Shown piece by piece: positions 21,000 through 31,262 of a stretch of 64,000 nt of DNA (position 1 is its first letter; every line of letters starts with the position of its first letter). Location: positions 23,456 to 87,455 of the forward strand of contig JAGAPK010000047.1 in NCBI GenBank assembly GCA_017623295.1. Reading direction: 5' to 3'. The DNA is from Lachnospiraceae bacterium (GTDB lineage Bacteria; Bacillota; Clostridia; Lachnospirales; Lachnospiraceae). The notes under the pieces were generated by a model that worked only from the letters and a program-made list of their open reading frames with translations, searched no databases and was not told the DNA's origin. The translations under genes and the position numbers were made by a program.

Positions 21000-22109
21000 A
21001 TGGCGAACAGATTAACAATTAATTACGAAAAGAAACCATGTTATGACATAGTTTATGCATCTGATTTTAGCGGACTTTTAGAAGAATTACAGGATTTGAA
21101 TATCGCTGAACGAAGAGTGGCAATTATTGCCGATTCCAATACTGCTTCTTTATATGGCGAAGAAGTGAAATCCATTTTGGAAGGCAATTGCAAAAAAGTA
21201 ATTCTGCATACTTTTCCTGCCGGAGAAGAAAATAAAACATTAGATACGGTAAAAGAGATTTACAAAAAATTAATTGACGAGAAGTATGATAGAAAAGATT
21301 TACTTGTGGCACTTGGTGGTGGAGTAGTTGGTGATATTACGGGTTATACAGCTGCTACCTATTTGCGAGGAGTTGATTTTGTTCAAATTCCAACAACCCT
21401 TCTTGCACAGTCCGATAGTAGCATTGGTGGCAAGACCGGTGTGGACTTTGATGGTTACAAAAATATGGTCGGCGCCTTTTATATGCCTAAATTGGTTTAT
21501 ATGAATGTTGGTACATTGAAAACATTAGATGACAGACAATTTTATTCCGGATTTGCAGAAGTTATGAAGCATGGCTTGATTAAAGATGCTATGTTCTATG
21601 AATGGCTTCTGGAAAATATGTATGAAATCCATGACAGAGATTTAGCAGTTCTGGAAGAAATGATAATGCGAAGCTGTACCGTTAAGAAGCTTGTTGTCGA
21701 AAAAGACCCAAAAGAGCAGGGGGACAGAGCGCTTCTGAATTTTGGACATACAATTGGACACGCTATTGAAAAAGCGAAAAATTTTGAATTAATGCATGGT
21801 GAATGTGTTGCACTTGGTGCTGTTGCAGCAGCGTTTATTTCCTGGAAACACAACTGGTTATCGATGGAAGAATACTATGAAATCCGTGATATGTTTGTAC
21901 CATTTAATTTACCTATCAGCATTGATAATATCAATCCGGAAGAAATTCTTGCTTTGACCAAATCCGATAAAAAAATGTCTGCCGGTCAGATTAAATTTGT
22001 TCTTCTGAAAAAGGTCGGAAAAGCGGTAATTGATACAACTGTTACCGATGAAGATATTTTAAATGCAATTAACGAAATTTATTTTAGTGAAGAAGATGAA
22101 AAGGCGTAA
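21000..22109 (+). CDS. aroB: 3-dehydroquinate synthase
   Basis: GGGVVGD, PTTLLAQ.DSS.GGK, LNFGHT.GHAIE, HGE. Confidence 0.96.
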   Translation: MANRLTINYEKKPCYDIVYASDFSGLLEELQDLNIAERRVAIIADSNTASLYGEEVKSILEGNCKKVILHTFPAGEENKTLDTVKEIYKKLIDEKYDRKDLLVALGGGVVGDITGYTAATYLRGVDFVQIPTTLLAQSDSSIGGKTGVDFDGYKNMVGAFYMPKLVYMNVGTLKTLDDRQFYSGFAEVMKHGLIKDAMFYEWLLENMYEIHDRDLAVLEEMIMRSCTVKKLVVEKDPKEQGDRALLNFGHTIGHAIEKAKNFELMHGECVALGAVAAAFISWKHNWLSMEEYYEIRDMFVPFNLPISIDNINPEEILALTKSDKKMSAGQIKFVLLKKVGKAVIDTTVTDEDILNAINEIYFSEEDEKA

Positions 22110-22114
22110 GTAAT

Positions 22115-22642
22115 ATGAGTGTACAGAAAAAGAAAAGTTTAATTCTTGATGTAGTTGCAATGATTGTATTAGTCATCCTTGATCAGATTACAAAATATCT
22201 TGCAGTCCTTCATTTAAAAGATAAACCGGCATTCAATATCATCAATGGTGTGCTGGAATTGAATTATCTGGAAAATAAAGGTGCTGCTTTTGGTATGCTG
22301 CAAAACCAGAAAATCTTTTTTGTTTTTGTTGCTACAATCATACTTGGTGTCATTGCTTATATATTATATAAAACACCGGACACAAAAAAATATACGATTA
22401 TGCATATTCTGCTTACCTTAATTGCCGCCGGTGCCATCGGCAATATGATTGACCGTATCCGTCTGGATTATGTTGTGGACTTTATTTATTTCGTCCTGAT
22501 TAATTTTCCGATTTTTAATGTGGCAGATATTTATGTGACAATAGCTACTGTAATTTTAATTTTTGTTCTTTTATTTTATTACAAAGAAAGTGATTTGGGA
22601 TTTATCAGCTTCAAACAGAAAAAATACCGTGAAATAAAATAA
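22115..22642 (+). CDS. lspA: lipoprotein signal peptidase II
   Basis: DQITK, N.GAAFG, GN.IDR, VVDFI, FNVAD. Confidence 0.96.
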   Translation: MSVQKKKSLILDVVAMIVLVILDQITKYLAVLHLKDKPAFNIINGVLELNYLENKGAAFGMLQNQKIFFVFVATIILGVIAYILYKTPDTKKYTIMHILLTLIAAGAIGNMIDRIRLDYVVDFIYFVLINFPIFNVADIYVTIATVILIFVLLFYYKESDLGFISFKQKKYREIK

Positions 22643-22683
22643 ACACGTAAGAAAGAAGCAAAACAATTTCAACGGAGAAATAT

Positions 22684-23598
22684 ATGGAACAATTTACTTA
22701 CCAGATTGGGATAGAAGATGGCGATGAACGAATTGACAAATGGATTAGTAATTCGTTACAGAATCTGTCACGTTCCTATATCCAGAAACTGATTAAAGAT
22801 AATATGGTTTTCGTAAACGGCAAACCACAGAAAGCAAGCTATCGCCTTAAAATAGATGATGAAATACTTTTTCAGATTCCAGAAGCAGTAGAACCTGAAA
22901 TTCTTGCCGAAGATATTCCATTATCTATTCTCTATGAAGACAACGATATACTGATTGTCGATAAACCTAAAGGAATGGTTGTACACCCGGCACCGGGACA
23001 TTATAGCGGCACATTGGTAAATGCAGTTATGTTTCATTGTAAAGATAATTTATCCGGTATCAATGGCGTTTTACGCCCTGGTATTGTTCATCGAATTGAT
23101 CGTGACACAACCGGCTCCCTTATCATTTGTAAAAATGATTTTTCCCACAATGATATAGCTGTCCAATTAAAAGAACACTCTATTACCCGCAAATATCGGG
23201 CAATTGTGCATGGTTGTCTGAAAGAAGAAGAGGGTACCATAAATGCTCCGATTGGCAGAGATGCAAAAGATCGTAAAAAAATGGCTATCAATGAACAGAA
23301 TGGAAAAAATGCCGTAACGCATTATAAGGTTCTGGATACTTATAAAAAATATACTTACATTGAATGTCAGTTAGAAACAGGTCGAACCCATCAGATTCGT
23401 GTTCATATGGCATCGATTGGTCACCCGCTATTAGGAGATGAAATATATGGCGGTAAAACAGCCGGTTATCGTTTAACAGGACAAACCTTACATGCCATGA
23501 CAATCGGTTTTATTCATCCTTCCACCGGCAATTATCTGGAAGTATCTGCGCCATTGCCGGAGTATTTTGTCCATTTATTGGACATTTTAGAAAAATAA
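22684..23598 (+). CDS. rluD: RluA/RluD family pseudouridine synthase
   Basis: S4 domain; KPKGMVVHP, HRIDRDTTG, TGRTHQIRVH; follows lspA. Confidence 0.9.
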   Translation: MEQFTYQIGIEDGDERIDKWISNSLQNLSRSYIQKLIKDNMVFVNGKPQKASYRLKIDDEILFQIPEAVEPEILAEDIPLSILYEDNDILIVDKPKGMVVHPAPGHYSGTLVNAVMFHCKDNLSGINGVLRPGIVHRIDRDTTGSLIICKNDFSHNDIAVQLKEHSITRKYRAIVHGCLKEEEGTINAPIGRDAKDRKKMAINEQNGKNAVTHYKVLDTYKKYTYIECQLETGRTHQIRVHMASIGHPLLGDEIYGGKTAGYRLTGQTLHAMTIGFIHPSTGNYLEVSAPLPEYFVHLLDILEK

Positions 23599-23782
23599 TC
23601 TATTATCAATATATTGAGTATAAAATGAATAAAACAATTTTTATAAACATAAATATAAGCGAAAGAAAATCTTAAATTTTCATGAATAATAGGTTGTATT
23701 TTCGACTTAAATATGCTAAATTTGTAATAAGCGTTTTTAGCGCGATAAATCAATAAAGATTTCAAATACGAAGGAGTATTGT

Positions 23783-24385
23783 ATGAAGACGGCTGATTAT
23801 TTAGATAGACTGTTACTGAAATACTCGGGTACGTTTGATATTTATCAACCATATGTCATTCATGGCAAAGAGTATCCTGCGTATGGATACTTTTTTTCAC
23901 ATGTAGAGAAGTATGTCCTCGTAAAAGAAGCAAATATGTGGTCATCTGACAGTTATGAGCACATTCTTTTTATAGAAACAGACGAAATAACAGAAGAGTT
24001 ATTACAGGAAGCTTACGCAATTGTAAAAGATTATATGGAACCTGTTCTTGTCAGAAAAGGAGAAGAGTTACCGGCTCAGAACCATATGTACAGTTACCTT
24101 ACCATTGCAATTATTTCATCTAGTGCAGTTTCTCGACATATGCAGAAACAAATTAAAAGTTTCAAGTACGAAAAAGGCTATAAATTTAATATGCGTGGTT
24201 TTTCACAGGCGCATCTTGTATGTGCAACAATGGAAGATGAGAAAGTATATACGAATTTCGTAGCCCGGAGTTCTAAGAAAGTCTTTAAAAGTGTTTTTCA
24301 GGATGTAAAAGATGGTAAACCTGGATTTCAGCAGATTGTTGCAGAGCAGAATATTGAAGTCAAACATCAATCTGAGAGTAATTAA
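23783..24385 (+). CDS. hypothetical protein
   Basis: 200-aa ORF with GAAGGAG RBS; no motif recognised. Confidence 0.7.
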   Translation: MKTADYLDRLLLKYSGTFDIYQPYVIHGKEYPAYGYFFSHVEKYVLVKEANMWSSDSYEHILFIETDEITEELLQEAYAIVKDYMEPVLVRKGEELPAQNHMYSYLTIAIISSSAVSRHMQKQIKSFKYEKGYKFNMRGFSQAHLVCATMEDEKVYTNFVARSSKKVFKSVFQDVKDGKPGFQQIVAEQNIEVKHQSESN

Positions 24386-24511
24386 ATAGATTGTTCTATA
24401 CGATGAATTTTAATTACTTATACCATTCCAAAGCTTATATAATAGAGCAATCTATTTTATATAAGAAGTTCTATACACTAAAGAATATAAAAAGTTTAGG
24501 AGGGAATTAGT

Positions 24512-26179
24512 GTGAACTCAGTAGTATTAATTTTACTTGCTATTGTGATCTTCGTTGTAGCTTATCTTACATACGGTAGATACTTAGCTAAGACTTGGGG
24601 TATTGATCCTAGTCGTAAAACACCAGCTCACGAATTAGAAGATGGTGTTGATTACTGTCCTGCTAAGACACCAGTTCTTATGGGACATCACTTTTCATCT
24701 ATTGCCGGTGCAGGTCCTATTAACGGTCCTATTCAGGCAGCATTTTTCGGATGGCTTCCATGTTTCTTATGGATCATCATCGGTGGTATCTTCTTCGGTG
24801 CCGTACAGGATTTTGGTTCCATTTTCGTATCCATCCGTCATCAGGGTAAATCCCTTGGTGAAGTTATCGAAGATAACATCGGACGTAAGAGCAGAATTCT
24901 CTTTACAGTATTTGCTTGGCTCGTATTACTTCTTGTAATCGCAGCATTCGCAGATATCGTTGCTAACTCCTTTACAGGTAGCACAGCTAACGGTTCTGTA
25001 GCAACAGCATCTTTGTTATTTATCGTGCTTGCTATCGGATTTGGTTATGCAGTTTATAGAAAGAATGCTCCAATGGTTGTTGCATCTGTTGTTGGTGTTA
25101 TTCTTCTTGCAGCATGTGTAGCAATTGGTCTTGCATTCCCAATTGAATTACCAAAATCTTTCTGGATTGCATTTGTATTTATTTATATTATTATTGCATC
25201 TGTAACACCTGTATGGATTCTGTTACAGCCTAGAGATTACTTAAGCTCATTCTTACTTTACTTCATGATTATTGCAGCAGTTGTTGGTATCTTTGCAGCC
25301 CATCCAACAGTAACTGTACCAGCATTCATCGGCTGGAAAGTAGGTAGCAACTATTTGTTCCCTACATTATTTATCACAATTGCTTGTGGTGCTATTTCCG
25401 GTTTCCATTCCTTAATCGGTTCCGGTACAACATCCAAACAGTTGGATAATGAAAAAGATGCTTTATTAGTAGGTTACGGTTCCATGTTAATCGAATGTGT
25501 TCTTGCAGTTGTTTCCTTAATCGCTGTTGCAACTCTTACAACAGACGGACAGTTTGCAGCTGCAGGCTATGCTTCTCCAACAGCCGTATTTGCTACAGCT
25601 ATTTCCGGATTCTTTGCTACAATCGGTTTCTCTGAAACAGCTGTATCCGCTACTTATACAATTATCGCTCTTGCAGTTTCCTGTTTCTGTTTAACATCTC
25701 TTGATACAGGTACAAGACTTGGACGTTTCATGTTCCAGGAATTATTTGCTGGTACTGAAATCGGTAAGAAACTGAAACTTGACAATATGTATGTAGCAAC
25801 AATCATTACAGCATTTTTTGGTTTCGTACTCTGTCTTGCAGGATATCAGAAAGTATGGCCATTATTTGGTGCTTGTAACCAGTTAGTAGCTGTACCTGCA
25901 TTCCTTGCTATTGGTACATACTTAAAGAAACAGAAAAAGAACAACAAGATGTTGTATATCCCGATTGTATTTATGTCTTGTGCGACATTAGTATCCCTGT
26001 TCTTCTCATTCAAGAACAATGTAGTTGCAATTATTGATGCGATTACAACTGGTGCATATGAAGGAACAGCACTCTTTACTAATATTTTGCAGACAGCTAT
26101 CATTGTTCCTATCGTAGTATTAGCTATCATCCTTATCATTGATGGTGGTAAAGTATTATGGGGAAAAGAAAGCAAATAA
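24512..26179 (+). CDS. cstA: carbon starvation protein A family transporter
   Basis: TPAH...DGVDY.P, GHHFSSIAGAGPI.GP, LLQPRDY, ACGAISGFH. Confidence 0.95.
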   Translation: MNSVVLILLAIVIFVVAYLTYGRYLAKTWGIDPSRKTPAHELEDGVDYCPAKTPVLMGHHFSSIAGAGPINGPIQAAFFGWLPCFLWIIIGGIFFGAVQDFGSIFVSIRHQGKSLGEVIEDNIGRKSRILFTVFAWLVLLLVIAAFADIVANSFTGSTANGSVATASLLFIVLAIGFGYAVYRKNAPMVVASVVGVILLAACVAIGLAFPIELPKSFWIAFVFIYIIIASVTPVWILLQPRDYLSSFLLYFMIIAAVVGIFAAHPTVTVPAFIGWKVGSNYLFPTLFITIACGAISGFHSLIGSGTTSKQLDNEKDALLVGYGSMLIECVLAVVSLIAVATLTTDGQFAAAGYASPTAVFATAISGFFATIGFSETAVSATYTIIALAVSCFCLTSLDTGTRLGRFMFQELFAGTEIGKKLKLDNMYVATIITAFFGFVLCLAGYQKVWPLFGACNQLVAVPAFLAIGTYLKKQKKNNKMLYIPIVFMSCATLVSLFFSFKNNVVAIIDAITTGAYEGTALFTNILQTAIIVPIVVLAIILIIDGGKVLWGKESK

Positions 26180-26213
26180 TTCCATAATGTGAATGAATAA
26201 GTTTAATTCAAAT

Positions 26214-26246
26214 AAAAGAGGCCATAGAATACTATGGCTTCTTTTT
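26214..26246 (+). terminator. intrinsic terminator
   Basis: AAAAGAGGCCATAG-aata-CTATGGCTTCTTTT. Confidence 0.85.
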
Positions 26247-26371
26247 ATATGTTTTTATTTGTTTTTATATATTTTGCATAAATTTCGCAGAAAATAATTG
26301 CATTTTATGTATGAAATGTATATAATATATTCATAGCTTAAATCACTTGACGGAAAGGGCGGGATGCAGTT

Positions 26372-27001
26372 ATGAATACAATTATTACAATCGGTAGACA
26401 ATTTGGTTCAGGTGGACGTGAAATCGGTGAGAAACTGGCACAACACTTCGATATTAAATTTTATGATAAGGAGTTATTATCAAGAGCAGCGAAAGAGAGT
26501 GGTTTCTGTGAAGAAATGATGCATAGTCATGATGAACGTCCAACGAATTCATTTCTTTATAATCTGGTTATGGATACTTATTCCTTTGGCTATAATTCAT
26601 CTTCTTTTGTCGATATGCCAATCAGTCACAAGGTATTTCTGGCGCAGTTTGACACCATTAAAAAGATTGCAAATGAAGGTCCTTGCGTAATTGTAGGCCG
26701 TTGTGCTGATTATGCTTTAAATGACTACCAGAATTGTCTTAATGTTTTCATCCATGCCGATGAAGCTTCCAAAGTAAAACGTATTATGAATAAATACAGT
26801 GATATTACTACGGAACAGAAAGCCAAAGACATGATGAATAAAAAAGATAAATCTCGTCAGAGTTATTATAATTATTATTCTTCTAAGAAGTGGGGGCGCG
26901 CAGACAGCTATGATTTATCCATCAACAGCGGTATTCTTGGCATTGATGGTACAGTCAAATTACTGGCGCAATATATTGAAGCTTTTGAAGCAAGACAGTA
27001 G
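26372..27001 (+). CDS. cytidylate kinase-like family protein
   Basis: ITIGRQFGSGG, CVIVGRCAD, YDL.INS. Confidence 0.88.
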   Translation: MNTIITIGRQFGSGGREIGEKLAQHFDIKFYDKELLSRAAKESGFCEEMMHSHDERPTNSFLYNLVMDTYSFGYNSSSFVDMPISHKVFLAQFDTIKKIANEGPCVIVGRCADYALNDYQNCLNVFIHADEASKVKRIMNKYSDITTEQKAKDMMNKKDKSRQSYYNYYSSKKWGRADSYDLSINSGILGIDGTVKLLAQYIEAFEARQ

Positions 27002-27006
27002 AAGTT

Positions 27007-27036
27007 AAAAACCATACCTAATAAGGTATGGTTTTT
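27007..27036. terminator. bidirectional terminator between convergent genes
   Basis: AAAAACCATACCT-aata-AGGTATGGTTTTT. Confidence 0.85.
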
Positions 27037-28106
27037 TATTCATCCGATTTTTTCTCACGAAGCCGTACTTTATTTGCTGCAGAACGTCTTCTTTCGTCTT
27101 CTAAAGCCGCGTAGTGCTTTTTAGTGGTATTTACATCTTTATGGCCTAAAACATCCGCTACGAGATAAATATCGCCTGTTTCGCGATATAAAGACGTACC
27201 ATAAGTACTTCGTAGCTTATGAGGGGTAATTTTCTTCAAATTAGTCACAGTAGAAGAGTATTTTTTTACCATATTCTCTACGGCACGAACCGACATACGG
27301 CGATTCTGCATCGAAAGAAAAAGAGCATGTTCATGTCCGGACTGCGGAATGACATGATTTCGCTGCTCCAGATAGTCCTGTAAAGCTTCCTCTACCTCAT
27401 CTCCAAAATAAATAACCGCTTCATAACCACCTTTTCGCCGAATCTTAATACCATTATTTTTAAAATCCACATCTTCTAAATCCAATCCCACACACTCAGA
27501 AACACGAATACCGGTTCCAAGCAGAAGAGTAAGCATTGCAATATCCCTTGTTTTGGTTACCTGATGGAATTTTTTCTGTGCTTTGGTAAGGTTTGTACCA
27601 TCTTCAACCTGATCTAACAAAATAGCAACCTCATCGGCATCAAGACGGACAATTTCTTTCTCATGCAGCTTCGGCATAGGCACCAGAACTGCCGGATTTT
27701 TCTCAATTAATTCCGATTCAAAAAAATAATTATAAAAGCTTCTTAATGCTGCCAGTTTACGCTTTTTACCACGTTCATCATTCGTATAAATTTTCCCATC
27801 TTTTTCATAATAAGACAGATATTCCATATATTCTTCAATATCTTCCCTTGTAAGCTTATCCAAAATAGACATTGGGAACTCGGTTATTTCCATTTTGGCA
27901 CAATAACTGTTCTTATCATGCAGATATTCAAAAAAAGTCCGGATATCATAAGCATATGCAAGTCTTGTCCTTGCAGAAGTATATTCTGTAATTCCCCGAA
28001 AAAATTGCTTGCAAAAGGTTGGAAGAGTATCTAACACAGCCCTCATTTTCTGAATATTGCCAATATTTTGTTGGTCATGATAATTGGTATTGTTTTTACT
28101 GTCCAT
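27036..28106 (-). CDS. tyrosine recombinase, XerS/XerC-like
   Basis: catalytic residues in GIRVSE (R), RKGG (K), HKLR, LGH and KHY; 356 aa; no mobile-element context. Confidence 0.9.
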   Translation of the reverse strand: MDSKNNTNYHDQQNIGNIQKMRAVLDTLPTFCKQFFRGITEYTSARTRLAYAYDIRTFFEYLHDKNSYCAKMEITEFPMSILDKLTREDIEEYMEYLSYYEKDGKIYTNDERGKKRKLAALRSFYNYFFESELIEKNPAVLVPMPKLHEKEIVRLDADEVAILLDQVEDGTNLTKAQKKFHQVTKTRDIAMLTLLLGTGIRVSECVGLDLEDVDFKNNGIKIRRKGGYEAVIYFGDEVEEALQDYLEQRNHVIPQSGHEHALFLSMQNRRMSVRAVENMVKKYSSTVTNLKKITPHKLRSTYGTSLYRETGDIYLVADVLGHKDVNTTKKHYAALEDERRRSAANKVRLREKKSDE

Positions 28107-28140
28107 AATAATAAAAACCTCAAATATATAAATTTATGTA

Positions 28141-28854
28141 TTATAATTGCCAGCCATCAATGCTATTTTGAATAGCAGTAAACATTCTATCCTTTACACC
28201 GGGGGTTTCCTGATTGATATCACGAACCAGATTTTTCACATATTCACGCTTTGTATGTCCATCGGCAGGACAAGGACTTTTCACAACCGGCACTTCATAT
28301 TTATTTACAAATCCAATTACATCAGCCTCTTTCATGTAAATAAGCGGTCTGATTACAGTTAACTCCATTCGATCCAGATAAGTTACCGGGCGAAATGTAT
28401 GCATCCTTCCTTCATAAATCAAAGACATCATCATCGTTTCAACTACGTCGTCCTTATGATGCGCATAGGCAACTTTATTGCACCCTAGCTCCTTAATTGC
28501 CGTATTAAGCGCTCCTTTACGCATTTTGGCACATAAAGAGCAAGGATTGGTTTCCTGTCGGTCTTCAAAAATAATTTTACCAATATCTGTTTTTACAATA
28601 TGATATGGGATTTCCAGCGATTCACAAAGCTTTGTAATCTCATCCAGATTCAGATTCTGAAAGCCAAGATCAACAGTAATGGCATAAACGCTGAATTTCT
28701 TCGGATAAAAGCGTTGTAACCCATGTAAAGCATAGAGCAGAGTAAGACTGTCTTTTCCACCGGAAATACCAACCGCAATTTTATCCCCATCTTCAATCAT
28801 CTGATAGTCATCAATCGCTTTTCTTGTTATGCTGTATACCTGTTGTAGTTTCAT
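28141..28854 (-). CDS. ttcA: tRNA 2-thiocytidine biosynthesis TtcA family protein
   Basis: PP-loop SGGKDS, CSLC..MRKG, HHKDD, VIRPL. Confidence 0.9.
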   Translation of the reverse strand: MKLQQVYSITRKAIDDYQMIEDGDKIAVGISGGKDSLTLLYALHGLQRFYPKKFSVYAITVDLGFQNLNLDEITKLCESLEIPYHIVKTDIGKIIFEDRQETNPCSLCAKMRKGALNTAIKELGCNKVAYAHHKDDVVETMMMSLIYEGRMHTFRPVTYLDRMELTVIRPLIYMKEADVIGFVNKYEVPVVKSPCPADGHTKREYVKNLVRDINQETPGVKDRMFTAIQNSIDGWQL

Positions 28855-29049
28855 TTTTTATAAAATCCTTTCTAATTCAGCGACTAATAGAAGTCTTTGA
28901 AAATTCTTTTAATTATTAGCTGACTTAATTATACATAGAATTGCCTGCAATTTACATAATTTTTTCAAAATTTTAACATAAAAACTAATACAGAATAAGA
29001 AAAAGATGGTATACTAAATGTATCATTATCAGTGAGGTTACAAGCAACT

Positions 29050-30405
29050 ATGAAAATTCGTTTTAATAAAAAATATTTCTATTGGGGTCTGACAGCACTT
29101 TTCGTTATAATAGCAGCTATTTTTTTCTATTATATGTTATTCCACAGTTCAAATTTATCCAAGGCATTTCATTCAATCGTAACCATTTCTATGCCTATTA
29201 TTGATGGTTTGATTCTGGCGTATTTGATTACCCCTGTTTTAAACAGCATAGAACGCAGGGTTGTAAAGCCAGTTTTCAAAAAAGCAAATGTGCCTATGAC
29301 GAAGAAAAATAGAAAAAATATGCGTATGGTTTCTATTGTTGTGACTATTATAATTATTTTAGTTGTAGCGTATGAATTTTTTTCACTCGTTATTCCGGAA
29401 TTGATACGCAGCATCCAAAGTATTATTTTCCAGTTTCCTATGTATATTTCGAACTTAACAGTCTGGATTACAGGTCTTTTTGAAAATAATCCGGAACTGG
29501 AAAGCGTTGTTATGGAGTTATTTGATAAGTATTCAACCATGCTGACAAACTTTATTAACTCCAGCGTTTTGCCAACGATAAATGATTTGATTAAAACATT
29601 GTCTTTAAGTGTAATCGGTTTCTTTAAGGCAATGTGGAATTTTATGATTGGTTTTATCATTTCCATATATATTATCGGAAGCAAAGAAAAGTTTGCTGGT
29701 CAGGCCAAAAAAGTTGCTTATGCTTTCTTTGAGACCCCAACAGCAAATCAAATTATTTCAAATTTCCGCTTTATTCATTCTACCTTCAGCGGATTTATTG
29801 TAGGAAAAATAATTGATTCTATCATAATTGGTATTATTTGCTTCGTTTGTACAAGTATTATCGGAACCCCATATGCAATTTTGGTAAGTGTTATTGTTGG
29901 TATTACAAATGTAATTCCATTTTTTGGTCCCTGGCTTGGAGCCATTCCAAGTGCCTTACTTGTCTTAATGGTAGATCCATTACAGTGTTTGTACTTTATT
30001 ATTTTAATTTTTATAATCCAACAGTTTGATGGCAATATTTTAGGACCAAAGATTCTTGGAGACTCTACCGGATTATCCAGTTTCTGGGTTATTTTTGCTA
30101 TTACTATTTTTGGTGGCTTATTCGGTATTCTCGGTATGGTTGTCGGTGTTCCTCTTTTTGCTGTTTTATATGCCGGTTTTAAAGCACTTGTTAACAAACA
30201 GCTTTCCAAGAAGGATTTACCAATCGATACACAGCCATATTTGAATGTTGGGTCTATTTCTGATGATAATTGTTTCAAGGAATATGTTCCTGTTAAAAAG
30301 AAGAAAAAAAGCTATATTGATGAAAAAAATAAACATACAAAACCAAAAACAAATCCTGATGCAGATACTACAGAAAAGAATGAAAATGAACAAGGAGAGC
30401 AGTAG
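29050..30405 (+). CDS. AI-2E family transporter
   Basis: AYLITP, GKIIDS, IPFFGP, QQFDGNILGP.ILG. Confidence 0.9.
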   Translation: MKIRFNKKYFYWGLTALFVIIAAIFFYYMLFHSSNLSKAFHSIVTISMPIIDGLILAYLITPVLNSIERRVVKPVFKKANVPMTKKNRKNMRMVSIVVTIIIILVVAYEFFSLVIPELIRSIQSIIFQFPMYISNLTVWITGLFENNPELESVVMELFDKYSTMLTNFINSSVLPTINDLIKTLSLSVIGFFKAMWNFMIGFIISIYIIGSKEKFAGQAKKVAYAFFETPTANQIISNFRFIHSTFSGFIVGKIIDSIIIGIICFVCTSIIGTPYAILVSVIVGITNVIPFFGPWLGAIPSALLVLMVDPLQCLYFIILIFIIQQFDGNILGPKILGDSTGLSSFWVIFAITIFGGLFGILGMVVGVPLFAVLYAGFKALVNKQLSKKDLPIDTQPYLNVGSISDDNCFKEYVPVKKKKKSYIDEKNKHTKPKTNPDADTTEKNENEQGEQ

Positions 30406-30411
30406 TAAGCT

Positions 30412-30864
30412 ATGAAATTCGTAATACAGCGAGTCACCGAAGCTAGTGTAACCGTAAATTCTAAGATAATTGGACAAATTGGCAGTGGTTTTCTTGTTTT
30501 AGTCGGAGTGAGCCAGAATGATACCATAGAAATTGCAGATAAGATGATTCATAAGCTGTTAAATTTACGCATTTTTGAAGATGAAGCAGGTAAAACTAAT
30601 TTAAATTTATCTTCTGTTAATGGCGAATTGTTAATTATTTCACAATTTACATTGTATGCAGATTGTAAACATGGCAATCGACCATCCTTTATTAATGCCG
30701 GCAAGCCTGACCTTGCAAACGATTTATACGAACATATAATTGCAAAATGCAAAGAAACAGTTCCAATTGTAGAACATGGTGAATTCGGTGCAGATATGAA
30801 GGTTTCCCTGCTAAATGATGGGCCTTTTACTGTAATTCTTGATTCCGATGAAATTTTTGCATAA
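30412..30864 (+). CDS. dtd: D-aminoacyl-tRNA deacylase
   Basis: VIQRV..ASV, SQFTL, GNRPSF, NDGPFT. Confidence 0.97.
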   Translation: MKFVIQRVTEASVTVNSKIIGQIGSGFLVLVGVSQNDTIEIADKMIHKLLNLRIFEDEAGKTNLNLSSVNGELLIISQFTLYADCKHGNRPSFINAGKPDLANDLYEHIIAKCKETVPIVEHGEFGADMKVSLLNDGPFTVILDSDEIFA

Positions 30865-30904
30865 TTTGTTTTATAATTTGATATAAGCTATAAAGGAGTT
30901 TTCC

Positions 30905-31147
30905 ATGATTAAGGTACTTTTTTTGTTGGTTGCTTTTCTTGTTGTTGTATATGTCTATACCTTTATAAAACTTAAGAAATCAAAGGAAAAAACAAAGAAT
31001 ATTGATACTGTAAAACATTTTCATGATAATTACAAGCATTTAACCGGTGTGGAACGAGCTAATAATAATTCAAGCAATACAACAACATCTTATGAAAAAT
31101 ATGTAACAAAATATAACAGCACTGAAGATTATCGTGAGAAAAATTAA
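30905..31147 (+). CDS. small N-terminally membrane-anchored hypothetical protein
   Basis: AAGGAG RBS; hydrophobic first ~21 aa followed by basic patch. Confidence 0.65.
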   Translation: MIKVLFLLVAFLVVVYVYTFIKLKKSKEKTKNIDTVKHFHDNYKHLTGVERANNNSSNTTTSYEKYVTKYNSTEDYREKN

Positions 31148-31262
31148 ATCTTTCTTTCGAATACGAACTATTCGTTAAACTTGTGTTTTGCGCATAGTTA
31201 GATGCCGCTTATAAAATACTATTTTCTAATATAATTAATATGTTAGTTACTTCAAGAACAAT

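Noticed and set aside
27036-28106. Tyrosine recombinase as the integrase of a prophage or ICE
   Set aside because: Flanked by housekeeping genes with no att repeats, excisionase, tRNA or cargo.
28876-28924. Imperfect inverted repeat TCAGC..CTAAT / ATTAGCTGA in the ttcA leader
   Set aside because: Pairing too interrupted to support a structure or recombination site.
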